A DNA stretch of 64,000 nucleotides from an uncultured Actinomycetota bacterium (GCA_963755755.1 CAVWLJ010000009.1:176358-240357); one strand, 5' to 3'; counted from the stretch's first letter, positions 34,845-45,757 are shown. Translations and numbers: made by a program. The notes: a model not told the origin generated them from the letters alone.

Positions 34845-35898
34845 ATGCAGGCGGCCGGTACCCACGACCACGGGCACGACCACGCGCACGAGCACGACGA
34901 GGCACACGAGCACGGTCACCAGCACGGTCACGAGCACGGTCAGAACCGACGGGTTGCTCGCCCGGCTGCTGCACGTGGTGCGCCCGCACAGCCACGACCC
35001 CTCCCAGTCCACCGACGAGGCGCTCGAGGCGAGCGAGGAGGGCAAGCGGGCCGTCCTCGTGAGCCTGGCGGTGCTGGGCGTCACGGCCCTGGTCCAGGCG
35101 GCCGTCGTCCTCCTCTCCGGCTCGGTCGCGCTGCTCGCCGACACCGTGCACAACCTCTCCGACGCGCTGACCGCCGTGCCGCTCTGGATCGCCTTCACCC
35201 TGGCCCGCCGTCCGGCGTCGCGGCGGTTCACCTACGGCCTGGGCCGGGTCGAGGACCTCGCCGGCCTCGTCGTCGTCCTCATGATCGCGATCTCCGCGGT
35301 CGTCGCGGCCTGGGAGAGCATCCGCAAGATCAGCGACCCCTCCCCCGTGAGCCACCTCTGGGTCGTCGTGGCAGCCGGCGTCGTCGGCTTCCTCGGCAAC
35401 GAGATCGTGGCGGTCTACCGGACCAGGGTCGGCACCCGGATCGGCTCCGCCGCGCTCGTCGCCGACGGCAAGCACGCCCAGGCGGACGGCATCACGTCCC
35501 TCGGCGTCGTCGTCGGTGCCGTCGGGGTCGCCCTCGGGTTCCCCGTGGCCGACCCGCTGATCGGCCTGCTCATCACCGTCGCGATCCTCGTCATCCTCTG
35601 GGGCGCGGTGCGCGACGTCGGGCGCCGCCTGCTCGACGGCGTCGACCCGGACCTCGTCACGCGCGCGGAGACGGTGCTCGGCGACGTCCCCGGCGTCCTC
35701 GACGTCCACGAGGTACGGGTCCGGTGGATCGGCCACCGGATGCGTGCCGACGCCGTCCTCGCCGTGGACCCCCACCTCGGTGTCGCCCAGGGGCACGACA
35801 TCGCGACGGCGGCGGGGCGCACCATGAAGGCCGCGCTCCCCCAGCTCGACGCCGTCATCGTGCACATCGAGCCGCTGGGCGTCGGCCCGCACCACTGA
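34845..35898 (+). CDS. Cation diffusion facilitator (CDF) metal efflux transporter with a His-rich N-terminus; one +1 frame break at ~34940
   Basis: ATG 34845 gives MQAAGTHDHGHDHAHEHDEAHEHGHQHGHEHG. CDF TM motifs follow: SVALLADTVHNLSDA and ADGKHAQADG. Confidence 0.85.
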
Positions 35899-35916
35899 CG
35901 CCTCTCACCGGGGCAC

Positions 35917-37269
35917 GTGACGGCGCTCACCCTGACGGCTCCTCAAGTCCGAGCGCCTGCGGCCGTAGTGCTTACCGTGGGTGCTCGCGCGGGTGATCCG
36001 CGGCGGCGGGGCCGTCGCGCGCTGCTCGTCGTCGCGCTGGCCGTGGTGGCCGTCGTCGCCTGCCCCGATGCGCCCGGGGTCGCGGCCTCGACCCCCGCGA
36101 AACCGTCCTCCTCGCCGGCCGGCAACGGCGGTTCCGCCGGCTCCGGCGGTGCCGAGCAGCAGCCGTCCGCGGCGACGCTCGCCGCCCAGGCCCGCGCGCA
36201 GGCGCTGCACCTGAAGCTGCTGGAGCAGCAGGGCGACGCGGACGCCGCCCGCTCCGCCCTCGACCGCGCCTCGCAGGCGGCCGCCGCGGCGCTCGAGAGC
36301 TACCGCGCCGCCGTCGTCGAGCAGCAGCAGGCGCAGCTCGACTCCGCCCAGGCCCAGGCGGCGCTCGCAGCAGGCCCAGCAGGACGTCGACGACCAGCGC
36401 TCGGCGCTCGGCCGCTGGGCGTTCGAGGCCTACGTCTCCGGCGGCCCGCTGCAGCACTCACCCGCGCTGCTCACGCTGCTCAGCGAGGGCACGACCGACG
36501 ACATCGCCACCGCACAGGCGGTGGTCAAGTCCGTGGGCGACGGGCAGGCCCGCGCGCTGGAGGCGCTGGAGGGCGCCCAGCAGCGCCAGCAGGCCGCGCT
36601 CGCCGCCGCGAACGCCGCACAGCAGACGGCGGACGCCGACGCCGCCCTCGCGACGGAGGCGAAGGCAGCCGCCGACGCTGCCGTCGCGGAGCACCGAGGC
36701 GCCCTGCAGCAGGCGGAGCAGGCGGTGAGCACGACCCGGAAGGCGACGGCCGGGGCCGACGGCGAGGCGGCGCTGCTGGCCGCCGCCGATGCGTACGCCG
36801 GCGGAGCCGGCGGAGCCGGCGGCAACGGGGTCACCGGCCCGGTCGGCAGCTGCACCGGAGGCGACGTCTCCGCCTTCCCCAACGGCCGCATCCCGCTGTC
36901 ACTGCTGTGCCCCGTCTGGGGCGCGCCGGGCGCGTACCTGCGGGCGGACGCCGAGTACGCCTTCGACCGGCTGAGCCACGCCTACGCCAAGGCGTTCGGC
37001 ACGCCGATCTGCGTCACCGACGCCTACCGCTCCTACCCCGACCAGGTGCGGGTCGCGGCCGAGCGGCCCGGCTTCGCGGCCAAGCCCGGGACGAGCAACC
37101 ACGGCTGGGGCACGGCCGACGGACCTGTGCGGCGGCATCGAGTCGTTCGGCACCGCGACCCACCGGTGGATGCTCGAGAACGCGCCGCTGTTCGGCTGGT
37201 TCCACCCGTCCTGGGCCGAGCCGACCGGCTCGCTGCCCGGAGCCCTGGCACTGGGAGTTCGGCGGCTGA
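35917..37269 (+). CDS. Secreted M15-family (VanY/D-Ala-D-Ala carboxypeptidase-like) peptidase with a long coiled-coil N-terminal region; three +1 frame breaks (~36369, ~37120, ~37245)
   Basis: There is a signal-like RRRGRRALLVVALAVVAVVA and an Ala/Gln-rich coiled coil. ICVTDAYRSYPDQ, PGTSNHGWGTA.DL and EPWHWEFGG are present. Confidence 0.7.
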   Translation: MTALTLTAPQVRAPAAVVLTVGARAGDPRRRGRRALLVVALAVVAVVACPDAPGVAASTPAKPSSSPAGNGGSAGSGGAEQQPSAATLAAQARAQALHLKLLEQQGDADAARSALDRASQAAAAALESYRAAVVEQQQAQLDSAQAQAALAAGPAGRRRPALGARPLGVRGLRLRRPAAALTRAAHAAQRGHDRRHRHRTGGGQVRGRRAGPRAGGAGGRPAAPAGRARRRERRTADGGRRRRPRDGGEGSRRRCRRGAPRRPAAGGAGGEHDPEGDGRGRRRGGAAGRRRCVRRRSRRSRRQRGHRPGRQLHRRRRLRLPQRPHPAVTAVPRLGRAGRVPAGGRRVRLRPAEPRLRQGVRHADLRHRRLPLLPRPGAGRGRAARLRGQARDEQPRLGHGRRTCAAASSRSAPRPTGGCSRTRRCSAGSTRPGPSRPARCPEPWHWEFGG

Positions 37270-37325
37270 CCGCCGTGCCCGCCGCCGGTGCTGCCCGTTG
37301 CCCCGTGGTACCCGATGATGTCCGC

Positions 37326-38126
37326 GTGCCCAGCCCCGCGCCGCCGCTGCACCCCTACCTGCAGGTGGCACGTCCGTTCGTGCTGGCGCACCGCGGTCTC
37401 GCGACCCGCGCGCCGGAGAACTCGATGCCGGCCTTCGCGGCGGCGGTGGAGGTGGGCGTCACACACCTGGAGACGGACGTCCATGCCACGGCGGACGGCG
37501 AGCTCGTGGTCTTCCACGACGACACCCTCGACCGGCTCACGGACCTGCGCGGGCCCGTCTCGGGCGTCTCGTGGGCGGTGCTGCGACGGGCGCGCCTGGG
37601 CGGCGCCGAACCGATCCCCCGGCTCGCCGACGTCCTCGACGCGTGGCCCGACGTCCGGGTCAACGTCGACCTCAAGTCCGCCGGCGCCGTCCGGCCCTTC
37701 GTGGACGTCGTCCGCCGTCACCAGGCGCTCGAGCGGGTGTGCGTCGCCTCCTTCAGCGACCATCGCCGCCGGGAGGCGGTGCGCGGTCTGGCGGAGGCCG
37801 GCCCCGTGGCCTCGAGCCTCGGGCTGCGCGGGAGCGCCGCCGTCGTGACGCTGGCGGCGGCCGGCGCGCCGGCACCGGTCCTTCGACGGGCCCTGCAGGG
37901 AGCCGTCGCCCTGCAGTTGCCCGACGCGACCCGACCCCGCCGGCTCGTCACGCGCCGGCTGGTGGCCGCCGTCCACGCCGCGGGCGCGCAGGTGCACGTC
38001 TGGACGGTGGACGACCCACGGCGGATGCGGGAGCTGATCGAGCTGGGTGTGGACGCCGTCGTCACCAACCGCGCCGACCTCGCCCTCGCGGTGGTCGCCC
38101 GACCGCAGGAGGGCCTGCAGCCGTGA
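37326..38126 (+). CDS. Glycerophosphodiester phosphodiesterase family protein
   Basis: FVLAHRGLATRAPENSMPAF, HLETDVH, VVFHDDTLDR and VWTVDD are present. Confidence 0.8.
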   Translation: MPSPAPPLHPYLQVARPFVLAHRGLATRAPENSMPAFAAAVEVGVTHLETDVHATADGELVVFHDDTLDRLTDLRGPVSGVSWAVLRRARLGGAEPIPRLADVLDAWPDVRVNVDLKSAGAVRPFVDVVRRHQALERVCVASFSDHRRREAVRGLAEAGPVASSLGLRGSAAVVTLAAAGAPAPVLRRALQGAVALQLPDATRPRRLVTRRLVAAVHAAGAQVHVWTVDDPRRMRELIELGVDAVVTNRADLALAVVARPQEGLQP

Positions 38127-39506
38127 CGGAGTCCGCCGCCGGGGTCCTCGACGAGCCGGTCGCCCGGCGCCGGGAGCAGCGCAGCTGGTACGTCTACGAC
38201 TGGGCCAACTCCGCCTACGTGACGACGACGCTGACCGTGCTCTTCGGGCCGTACCTGACGAGCGTCGCCAAGCAGGCCGCCTGCCCCGGCATCGCCTCGG
38301 ACGGCGTCTGCCGCACGAACCTCTCGGTGCTCGGCGTTCCCGTCAGCCCCGGCTCCCTCGCGCTCTACACCGTCACCGTCACGACGCTGATCTCCGCGCT
38401 GATCCTGCCCGTCGTCGGCGCGCTGATCGACCGCGTCGGCCGCAAGCGGAGGTTCCTGGCCGGGTTCGCCTGGGCCGGCGCTCTCGCCGCGTCGGCGATG
38501 TGGTTCGTCACGGGGAACGACTGGGTGCTCGGGGTGCTGCTGGAGATCGTCGCCAGCCTGGCCCTCGGGTGCTCGCTCGTCGTCTACGACGCGATCCTCA
38601 TCGACATCGCCGGCCCGGACGAGCGGGACGCGGTCTCGAGCCGCGGGTGGGCGGTCGGCTACCTGGGCGGCGGGCTGCTGCTCGCGCTCAACCTCGTCCT
38701 GGTCCAGGGTCATGCGGCGTTCGGCCTGAGCCAGGGCAGCGCGGTCCGGCTGAGCCTGCTCTCCGCCGGCGATCTGGTGGGCCGGGTTCACCGTCGTCCC
38801 CTACCTGGGGCTGCGGGACAGGCCGCCCGGGGACGTCGTGCCCGAGCCGGGCCGCGGGTTCCTCGCGGCCGCCTTCGGGCAGCTCGCGGCCACCCTGCGG
38901 GACCTGCGCGGGTACCCGCAGACGCTGCGGTTCCTCGTCGCGTACCTGTTCTTCAACGACGGCATCCAGACCGTCATCTACGCGGCCAGCATCTTCGCCG
39001 CCGAGCAGCTCGGGCTGGAGCAGGGGCAGCTCATCACGTCGATCCTGCTGGTCCAGTTCGTCGCCTTCGGCGGGGCGCTGCTCTTCGGCCGGATCGCCGC
39101 GCGCACGGGAGCCCATCGCGCGATCCTCGCCGGCCTCGTCCTGTGGGTCGGGGTCGTCGCGGTCGGGTTCGTGCTGCCGGCGCACCGGTTCGGGCTGTTC
39201 CTCGCGCTGGCCGTGCTCATCGGCGTCGTGCTCGGCGGCACCCAGGCGTTGTCGCGCTCGCTCTACAGCCAGCTGGTCCCCCGCGGCCGCGAGGCCGAGT
39301 ACTTCAGCCTCTACCAGTCCGCCGAGCGCGGCACGAGCTGGTCGGGCACCCTGCTCTTCGGCCTGGTGTTCCAGCTCACGCACACCTACCGGGCGGCGAT
39401 CGTCGCGCTGGTGGTGTTCTTCGTGCTCGGCGGCGTCCTGCTCGCCCGCGTCGACGTGCGGCGCGGCATCGTCGAGGCCGGCAACCAGGTGCCCGCGGTG
39501 GTGTGA
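38123..39506 (+). CDS. MFS transporter (UMF1/Atg22-like family); one +1 frame break at ~38771
   Basis: GTG 38123 overlaps the GDPD stop. SWYVYDWANSAYVTT, ALIDRVGRKR and YLFFNDGIQT are present, with about 12 TM helices across two frames. Confidence 0.75.
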
Positions 39507-39559
39507 CACCCGTTCGGGCGCTACCCGTCCGCCGGACGGGCGGAAGGTCGTACGCACCC

Positions 39560-39585
39560 GGAACATTTCCCGAAGTGCTCCCGTT
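39560..39585 (+). promoter_or_regulatory. Candidate ECF sigma (SigR/SigH/SigE-type) promoter upstream of rbpA
   Basis: GGAAC-N18-cGTT matches the GGAA(T/C)-N18-GTT consensus. It lies 94 nt upstream of the rbpA ATG. Confidence 0.45.
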
Positions 39586-39678
39586 ACTTAGGAGTAACCG
39601 GGGGCACCTGCCTACCGACCTCACCGTGGGCACGATCCGCCCGCCGACACCCGCGACCGACGTCCGGAGGGGAACTGT

Positions 39679-40029
39679 ATGAGCGACCGGAGCATGCGGG
39701 GCACCCGGCTTGGTGCCCAGAGCCTCGAGAGCGACAGCGGCGTCCAGCCGGCAGCCCGTCAGGACGTCGTCTACCACTGCCCCAACGGCCACACGGTCGT
39801 CGTCCCGCTCTCCGTCGAGGCGGAGGTGCCGTCGCTCTGGGAGTGCCGGTGCGGCTCCATGGCTCTTCGCGAGAACCACGAGCGGCCCGACGAGAAGCCC
39901 GTCAAGCCCGCCCGCACCCACTGGGACATGCTCATGGAGCGGCGGACGACGGCTGAGCTCGAGGAGCTCCTGCAGGAGCGGCTCGAGCTGCTGCGCAGCG
40001 GCCGACTGAACGGCCGCCGCAGCGCCTGA
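39679..40029 (+). CDS. rbpA: RNA polymerase-binding protein RbpA
   Basis: MSDRSMRGTRLGAQSLESD..., ARTHWDMLMERRTTAELEELLQERLELLRSGRL is closely similar to mycobacterial and Streptomyces RbpA. Confidence 0.95.
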   Translation: MSDRSMRGTRLGAQSLESDSGVQPAARQDVVYHCPNGHTVVVPLSVEAEVPSLWECRCGSMALRENHERPDEKPVKPARTHWDMLMERRTTAELEELLQERLELLRSGRLNGRRSA

Positions 40030-40161
40030 CCTGTTCCACCCTCGGACCCGGGTGCCGCCTCCCCCGTCGGCATCCGATGCGACGCCCGTCCCCCGGGCGT
40101 CGAGAGGCCCCGTGCCACCCCCCCGGGCGCGGGGCCTCACCTTTGTCCGAGCACTCCTGGC

Positions 40162-40729
40162 TCACCCTGGCCGCCGCTGCTGCGGGTCCTCCGCCGGACC
40201 CAACGGCAGCGGCGGCTTCGTCGTCCCCGGATCGTCCTCGACCCACGACGTGACGGTGACGCCGTCGACGGTCTCGCCGCGCACGGTGACGCGCCGGGCG
40301 GCGACCTCGAAGCGGCGCCGCAGCCGGTGGGCGAGCCGTCGCGCGACGAACCCGCGGACCTGGGGCAGGAGCAGCAGCAACCCGAGGACGTCCGTGACGA
40401 GACCGGGGAACACCAGGAGGAGCCCGGCGACGACCTTGAGCCCGGCCTCCCCGGCGTCCCGGCCGACCGCACCGGTGGTTCCCGGAGCTGCCCCCGGGCG
40501 CGACGCGCCCCAGCTCGCGCAGGGCACCGGAGCCGGCCCAGCGGAGCACCCAGAGACCGCCGAGACAGCCGAGCAGGATCAGGCCGACGGTGGCGTCCGC
40601 GCCGATGCGCCGCGCGAGCAGCACCGCGACGGCGATCTCGACGATCGGGACCGCGAGCACGACGACCGCCGCGGTCGTCAGCGCGCGCCGCACGGGTGAA
40701 GCGACGGTCCGGGCCCGTTCCGGAGTCAC
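40162..40729 (-). CDS. fxsA: FxsA-family membrane protein; one +1 frame break at ~40495
   Basis: The start is GTG 40729. VVVLAVPIVEIAVAVLLARRIGA is present, then KVVAGLLLVFPGLVTDVLGLLLLLPQVRGFVARRL. Confidence 0.75.
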
Positions 40730-42478
40730 GGCGCGCCGCCCGTCGCCGCGGGCTCGGCGTCGCCCGTCGGCATGGCCTCGGCCGGCTCGGTCGGCTCGGC
40801 CGGCTCGGCGGGCGGCTGTTGCGCCCGGTTCGGCCGGCCTCCCCCGGCGCCGCCGGCTCCTGACCAGGGCCACGCCGGCGAGCGCGAGGCCGATCAGCGA
40901 CAACGCGATCTCGGGCAGCACCCCGACCCGGGTGGCGACGGTGAAGCCGGTCCGCAACGGGAGCGAGGCGTCGAGAACGGCGGGCGTGAAGAGCCGGGAG
41001 CCGGTGACCACGCTGCCGTCCGGCTCGATGAGGCCGCTGACGCCGACGGTCGAGACGTGGACGACGGCGCGGCCGGCCTCGACCGCGCGCAGCCGGGACA
41101 TCGCGATCTGCTGGGAGCTCTCGTCGGTGTAGCCGAAGGTGGCGTTGTTGGTCTGCACGACCAGCAGGTCGGCGCCGCCGGTGACCACGTCGCGCAGGAT
41201 GTCGTCGTAGGCGACCTCGAAGCAGATGACGTCGCCGATCCTGGCCGGCCCGAGCTGCAGGACGCCGACCTTGTCGCCGGCCGCGAAGTCCTTGGAGACG
41301 AGGTCGACCTTGTCGCTGAAGATCCGGAAGAACGACCGGTAGGGGATGTACTCGGCGAACGGCACCGGGTGCCGCTTGACGTAGCGCTGCCCCGGGCCGG
41401 GCGCTGCGGACCCGCTCGGACCCCACACGATCGCGGCGTTGGAGACGTGGTCGCCCGGTCCGTCGAGCACGGCGCCGACGAGCAGCGGCACGCCGAGGGC
41501 GTCGGTCGCCTGGTCGATCTCGCCGAACGCGTCCGGGTTGCGCAGCGGGTCGATGTCGCTGGAGTTCTCCGGCCAGACGACGAGGTCCGGGGCCTGGGCA
41601 CGACCGGCGCGGACGGCGTCCGCCAGGGCGAGGGTGGCGCGCACGTGGTTGTCGAGGACGGCGCGGCGCTGGGCGTTGAACTCCAGACCGGCGGTCGGGA
41701 CGTTCCCCTGGACGGCGGCGACACGGACGTCGCGAGACGTGCCGCCGGAACCGATGTTGCCGAGCCGGAGCGCCAGCGGCCCCCCGGCGACGAGCGCGAC
41801 GCCGATGGCGGCGGCGAGCCCGGCCCTGGCGGCCCGCCGGGATCCGGTGCCCCGCCGGAGGAGCTCGGCCACGGCGACGGCCAGGCAGGCGCCCGCGGCC
41901 GCCACGACTGCGGTGACGAGGGGGGCGCCCCCGAGCGCGGCCCACCCCAGGGTCGGCGCGTCGGACTGGGAGAACGCCAGCCGGCCCCAGGGGAAGCCGC
42001 CGAACGGGAGCCGGGCGCGCAGCGCCTCGCCGAGGACCCAGAGGCCGGCGACGGTCAGGACGGTTCCCGCCCGCCCGCCGGGTGCGCGCCACGCCCACGG
42101 CAGGGCCGCCCCGACGAGGGCGACGAAGCAGGCCTGGGAGGCGGCGAGCGCCAGCCACGGGAGCGCCCCGACGTAGACGCCGGACCAGTGCAGCAGCGGC
42201 ACGAAGTACGCCAGCCCGGTCACCAGACCGAGCAGCGCCCCCCAGCGCGCGGAGGCCCCGCGGACCGCGAGCGCCAGGCCGGCCACGCCGGGGGCCGCGA
42301 GGACCCACCAGCCGGGGGCGGGGAACGCGAGGTCGAGGGCGACACCGCTCAGCAGCGCGAGCGCGAGGGCGGCGGTGCGAGGCAGGGGGCCGTCCCGGTC
42401 GTCCACTGCAGCAGCGTAGACGCCGCGGCGCGGGGATTCGAGGTCGGCCCGCCTCGGTGGGCTCGACCGGGCCCGCAC
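40726..42478 (-). CDS. lnt: Apolipoprotein N-acyltransferase; inferred +1 frame break in the C-terminal tail (~40835)
   Basis: There are multiple N-terminal TM helices and a nitrilase-like domain with VVWPENS, KRHPVPFAEYIP and ICFEVAY. In the given frame there is no stop before fxsA. The adjacent frame gives QQPPAEPAEPTEPAEAMPTGDAEPAATGGAP-TGA, overlapping the fxsA GTG. Confidence 0.85.
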
Positions 42479-42821
42479 GACTCTTCGGTCCGGCCGTGAC
42501 CTCGCCGGCTACGAGGCCACCGTCGTTGTCTACTGAGCGTGCAGGCCCGGTCCTTGCCCACCGATGGTCGTCGGTTCGGGGTCTGACCTCCCCTGCCGCG
42601 ACGACCGTCCTGGAGGGGTGGACGGCCACTCCGCAACCTAGTCACCGCACCGGCGGTGTCAAGGACTCCCCGACCAGCGGGTATGGGAATCACCGCAGGT
42701 CATCGAGGTTGTGTTCGGCCGCCCCTCCGAACGAGGGATTCAGGGATTCGTCGGCGTGTCGCTCGGCGTGTCGCGTTTACCTGCCCGAAGGGGTGCCGTG
42801 GCCGCGCATTCATCGACCCGG

Positions 42822-43221
42822 TCACCCCGGGACGACGACGGTGCCCCGTGCCGTGGTCGCGACGAGCGGAGGGTCGAGCACCTCGGCGGCGCTCGCCGAA
42901 CGGTCCGGCCGGCCCCGGCACACGACGGTCGCGGCGAACTCGAGCTCCCGGCTGCGGCGGCCCGACGCGGACGACGGTGGCCGTGATCTCCAGCACGTCC
43001 CCGGCCCGGACCGGGGCGAGGAACTGGACGTCGGCGTAGGAGGCGAACAACCCCTCGTCACCGTCCGTCCGGATGCACAGCTCCGTCGCCACGTCACCGA
43101 AGCAGGCGAGGCTGTAGGCGCCGTCGACGAGGTTCCCCGCGTAGTGCGCGTGGCTGTACGGCACGTACCGGCGGTGCGTCACCGAGAGGCCGAGCCGGGG
43201 GTCCTGCGTCGCGTCGCTCAT
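42822..43221 (-). CDS. kal: 3-aminobutyryl-CoA ammonia-lyase-like hotdog-fold protein; one +1 frame break at ~42960
   Basis: [55 protein letters not shown] is present. The protein is about 133 aa. It shares 1 nt with the kamE stop (TGATG). Confidence 0.65.
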
Positions 43222-43982
43222 CAGCCCGCCTTCCGCTGGGAGGCACCCTCGGGGACGAGCGCGTGCACGAGATAGGAGGCGACCTCTCCCGGGGTCGTCC
43301 CGCGGCCGAAGATGCGGTCGACGCCGAGGTCGGCGGTGGCGGACTCGTCGAACCTCGGACCGCCGACCACGAGCAGCGGACGCCGGTGCGCGGGGAGCGC
43401 CTCCCGGAACGCGGCGGACATCTCCTGCGTGTTGTGCACGTGAGCGTCGCGCTGGGTCACGACCTGGGAGACGAGGACGGCGTCCGCCCGCTCGTCGATG
43501 GCGCGCTGGACGAGCTCCGGGACGGCGACCTGGGCACCGAGGTTCACGACCTTGATCTCGCGGTAGTACTCCAGGCCCTTCTCCCCCGCGAACCCTTTGA
43601 TGTTGAGGATCGCGTCGATCCCGACGGTGTGCGCGTCCGTCCCGATGCAGGCGCCGACGACGACGAGCTTGCGCCGCAGCCGGCTCTTGATCGCCGCATT
43701 GACCTCCTTCGGCGACAGCAGCGGGTACTCCCGCTCGACGACCTGCACCTTGTCGAGCTCCACGAGGTGCCGGACGGAGCCGTAGACGACGAAGAAGGTG
43801 AAGTCGGGGCCCATCGCCTTGGCGTGCACGACGAGGGCGGGGTCCAGGCCCATCTTCTGGGCGAGCTGGACGGCGGCGCCCTCGGCCCGCTTGTCGTGCG
43901 GCAGCGGCAGCGTGAAGGACACCTGGACCATGCCGTCGCCGGTCGCGTCCCCGTACGGACGGACCACCTGCCGGTCGCTCAT
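43221..43982 (-). CDS. kamE: Lysine 5,6-aminomutase beta subunit (B12-binding)
   Basis: The protein is 253 aa. The B12-binding DxHxxG motif reads [15 protein letters not shown]. There is an ATGA overlap with kamD. Confidence 0.85.
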   Translation of the reverse strand: MSDRQVVRPYGDATGDGMVQVSFTLPLPHDKRAEGAAVQLAQKMGLDPALVVHAKAMGPDFTFFVVYGSVRHLVELDKVQVVEREYPLLSPKEVNAAIKSRLRRKLVVVGACIGTDAHTVGIDAILNIKGFAGEKGLEYYREIKVVNLGAQVAVPELVQRAIDERADAVLVSQVVTQRDAHVHNTQEMSAAFREALPAHRRPLLVVGGPRFDESATADLGVDRIFGRGTTPGEVASYLVHALVPEGASQRKAG

Positions 43983-45574
43983 CGGGTGGCTCCGCTCTCG
44001 AGGAGGTCGACGGCGGGGTTGGCGTAGTCGTCCGCCTTGCGAGCGACCCCGTCGAGGCCCTTCCCGGCGTCCGCCGGTCGGCGCATCAGACCGAAGGTGC
44101 CGTCGGCGATCGCTTCCAGCAGGGTGTCGTCGACGATCCGGTCGAGCAGGTCGACGGCCTCGGCGAGCACGTGCCTCGCGCGCGTGGCGATGAAGCCGTC
44201 CGCGGGCGGGTGGAAGTCCTCCGCCAGCCCGGCGCAGGCGTTGATCACGTAGCGGACGTTCTGCAGCGCGAGGTCGCGATCGGACAGCCACGGTGTGACC
44301 ACGGCCTCGGTCATCATCCCGACGAGCAGGATGCTCTGACCGGTCAGGACGCCGGCGAGGTTGAAGAACCCGTCGAGCAGGTAGCCCCGGAAGACGTCGC
44401 CGGTCATGTGCTTGGTCGGCGGCATCCACTTCAGCGGCGCGTCCGGGAAGAGCGTCCGGGCGAGCAGCGCGTGCGCCAGCTCCAGCCGGAACGAGTCGGG
44501 GATCTCGGGGTTGATCTCGAAGGCATGGCCGAGGCCGAGCAGCCGGTCGGGCAGGCCGGCCTCGTGCGCGAACGCCTCGTTCAGCAGCTGGCTGACGGTG
44601 ACGGTGTGCGCGGCCTCGACCGCGTCCGCGGTCGTGAGGTAGTTGTCCTCGCCGGTGTTGATGATGATCCCGGCGCGCGCGTGCACCTGACGGCTGAAGC
44701 GCTGGTCGACGAAGGTGCGGATCGGGTTGATGTCCCGGAAGAGGATCCCGTACATCGAGTCGTTGAGCATCATGTCGAGCCGCTCGAGCCCGGCCAGGGC
44801 GGCGATCTCCGGCATGCACAGACCGCTGGCGTAGTTGGTCAGCCGGATGTACCGGCCGAGCTCGGCGCCGACCTCGTCCAGGGCGGCCCGCATGAGGCGG
44901 AAGTTCTCCTGCGTCGCGTAGGTGCCGGCGTAGCCCTCACGGGTGGCGCCCTCCGGGACGTAGTCGAGCAGGCTCTGCCCGGTGGACCGGATGACGGCGA
45001 TGACGTCGGCCCCGGCGCGCGCGGCGGCCTGGGCCTGCGGGATGTCCTCGTAGATGTCGCCGGTGGCCACGATGAGGTAGATCCAGGGTCGCTGCTGCGG
45101 GTCGCCCAGCTTCTTCACGAGGCGCTCGCGCGTGCGCCGCGCCGCGTCCACCCGGCGCAGGCCGGCGGCCACCGCGCCCCGGGCGGCGCTCCTCGGCGTC
45201 CGCGCCGCCCTGCCCTGCGGGACGCGGAAGGTGACCGATCCGACGGCCGCCTTCTGCGCCAGGGTGAGCAGGTCCGAGGCCTCCTCGCGGATCAGGGCGT
45301 CCCAGACCGGCAGGCACACGCCGTGCTCCAGCCCGACCTGCGCCCGGACGGCGTCGACGAGGTGGTTGACCCAGGGCACGCGGTCGGCGTCGGCGCCGGA
45401 GAGCCCCGCCAGCCGGAGCGTGGCGCGCTCCACCGACACCGTCGTGTGCGTGCGGGCCAGGGTGACGACGGGCTCCGCCGCGCGGACGGCGAGACGGCGC
45501 GCCCGGTCGACCAGAGCGGGATCCAGTTCGAGGCCGCCAGGGCGGGCGGCGCCCTCTCGAATCTCTGCGGTCAT
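43979..45574 (-). CDS. kamD: Lysine 5,6-aminomutase alpha subunit
   Basis: ATG 45574 lies after GGAGGG. The protein is 531 aa. [45 protein letters not shown] and [12 protein letters not shown] are present. Confidence 0.85.
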   Translation of the reverse strand: MTAEIREGAARPGGLELDPALVDRARRLAVRAAEPVVTLARTHTTVSVERATLRLAGLSGADADRVPWVNHLVDAVRAQVGLEHGVCLPVWDALIREEASDLLTLAQKAAVGSVTFRVPQGRAARTPRSAARGAVAAGLRRVDAARRTRERLVKKLGDPQQRPWIYLIVATGDIYEDIPQAQAAARAGADVIAVIRSTGQSLLDYVPEGATREGYAGTYATQENFRLMRAALDEVGAELGRYIRLTNYASGLCMPEIAALAGLERLDMMLNDSMYGILFRDINPIRTFVDQRFSRQVHARAGIIINTGEDNYLTTADAVEAAHTVTVSQLLNEAFAHEAGLPDRLLGLGHAFEINPEIPDSFRLELAHALLARTLFPDAPLKWMPPTKHMTGDVFRGYLLDGFFNLAGVLTGQSILLVGMMTEAVVTPWLSDRDLALQNVRYVINACAGLAEDFHPPADGFIATRARHVLAEAVDLLDRIVDDTLLEAIADGTFGLMRRPADAGKGLDGVARKADDYANPAVDLLESGATR

Positions 45575-45757
45575 CGACGCCCTCCGGGAAGACTTTCGGT
45601 CGTCAGGGCGAGCCTTCGAAGTTTCTGCGGCCGCCACTGCCTCAGCGGTCACGATCTCACGAACCGGACGGGAGCGTCGAGCCTGCCGACGCGTCCTCCC
45701 CGGGCCGTCGCCCCGACGGTCTGCGGCTAGTCTTCCCTGGCGCAGAGGGGAGGGCCG

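Noticed and set aside
45575-45757. Cobalamin riboswitch on the plus strand (GGGAAG..., GCGGCCGCCACTG B12-box-like, GAGCCTGCC)
   Set aside because: There are three short matches only. The obligatory GGUG..AA.CC P4 region and the spacing do not fit. The downstream gene (plsC) is not a plausible B12-regulated target. It is kept only as an unclassified structured leader in the findings.
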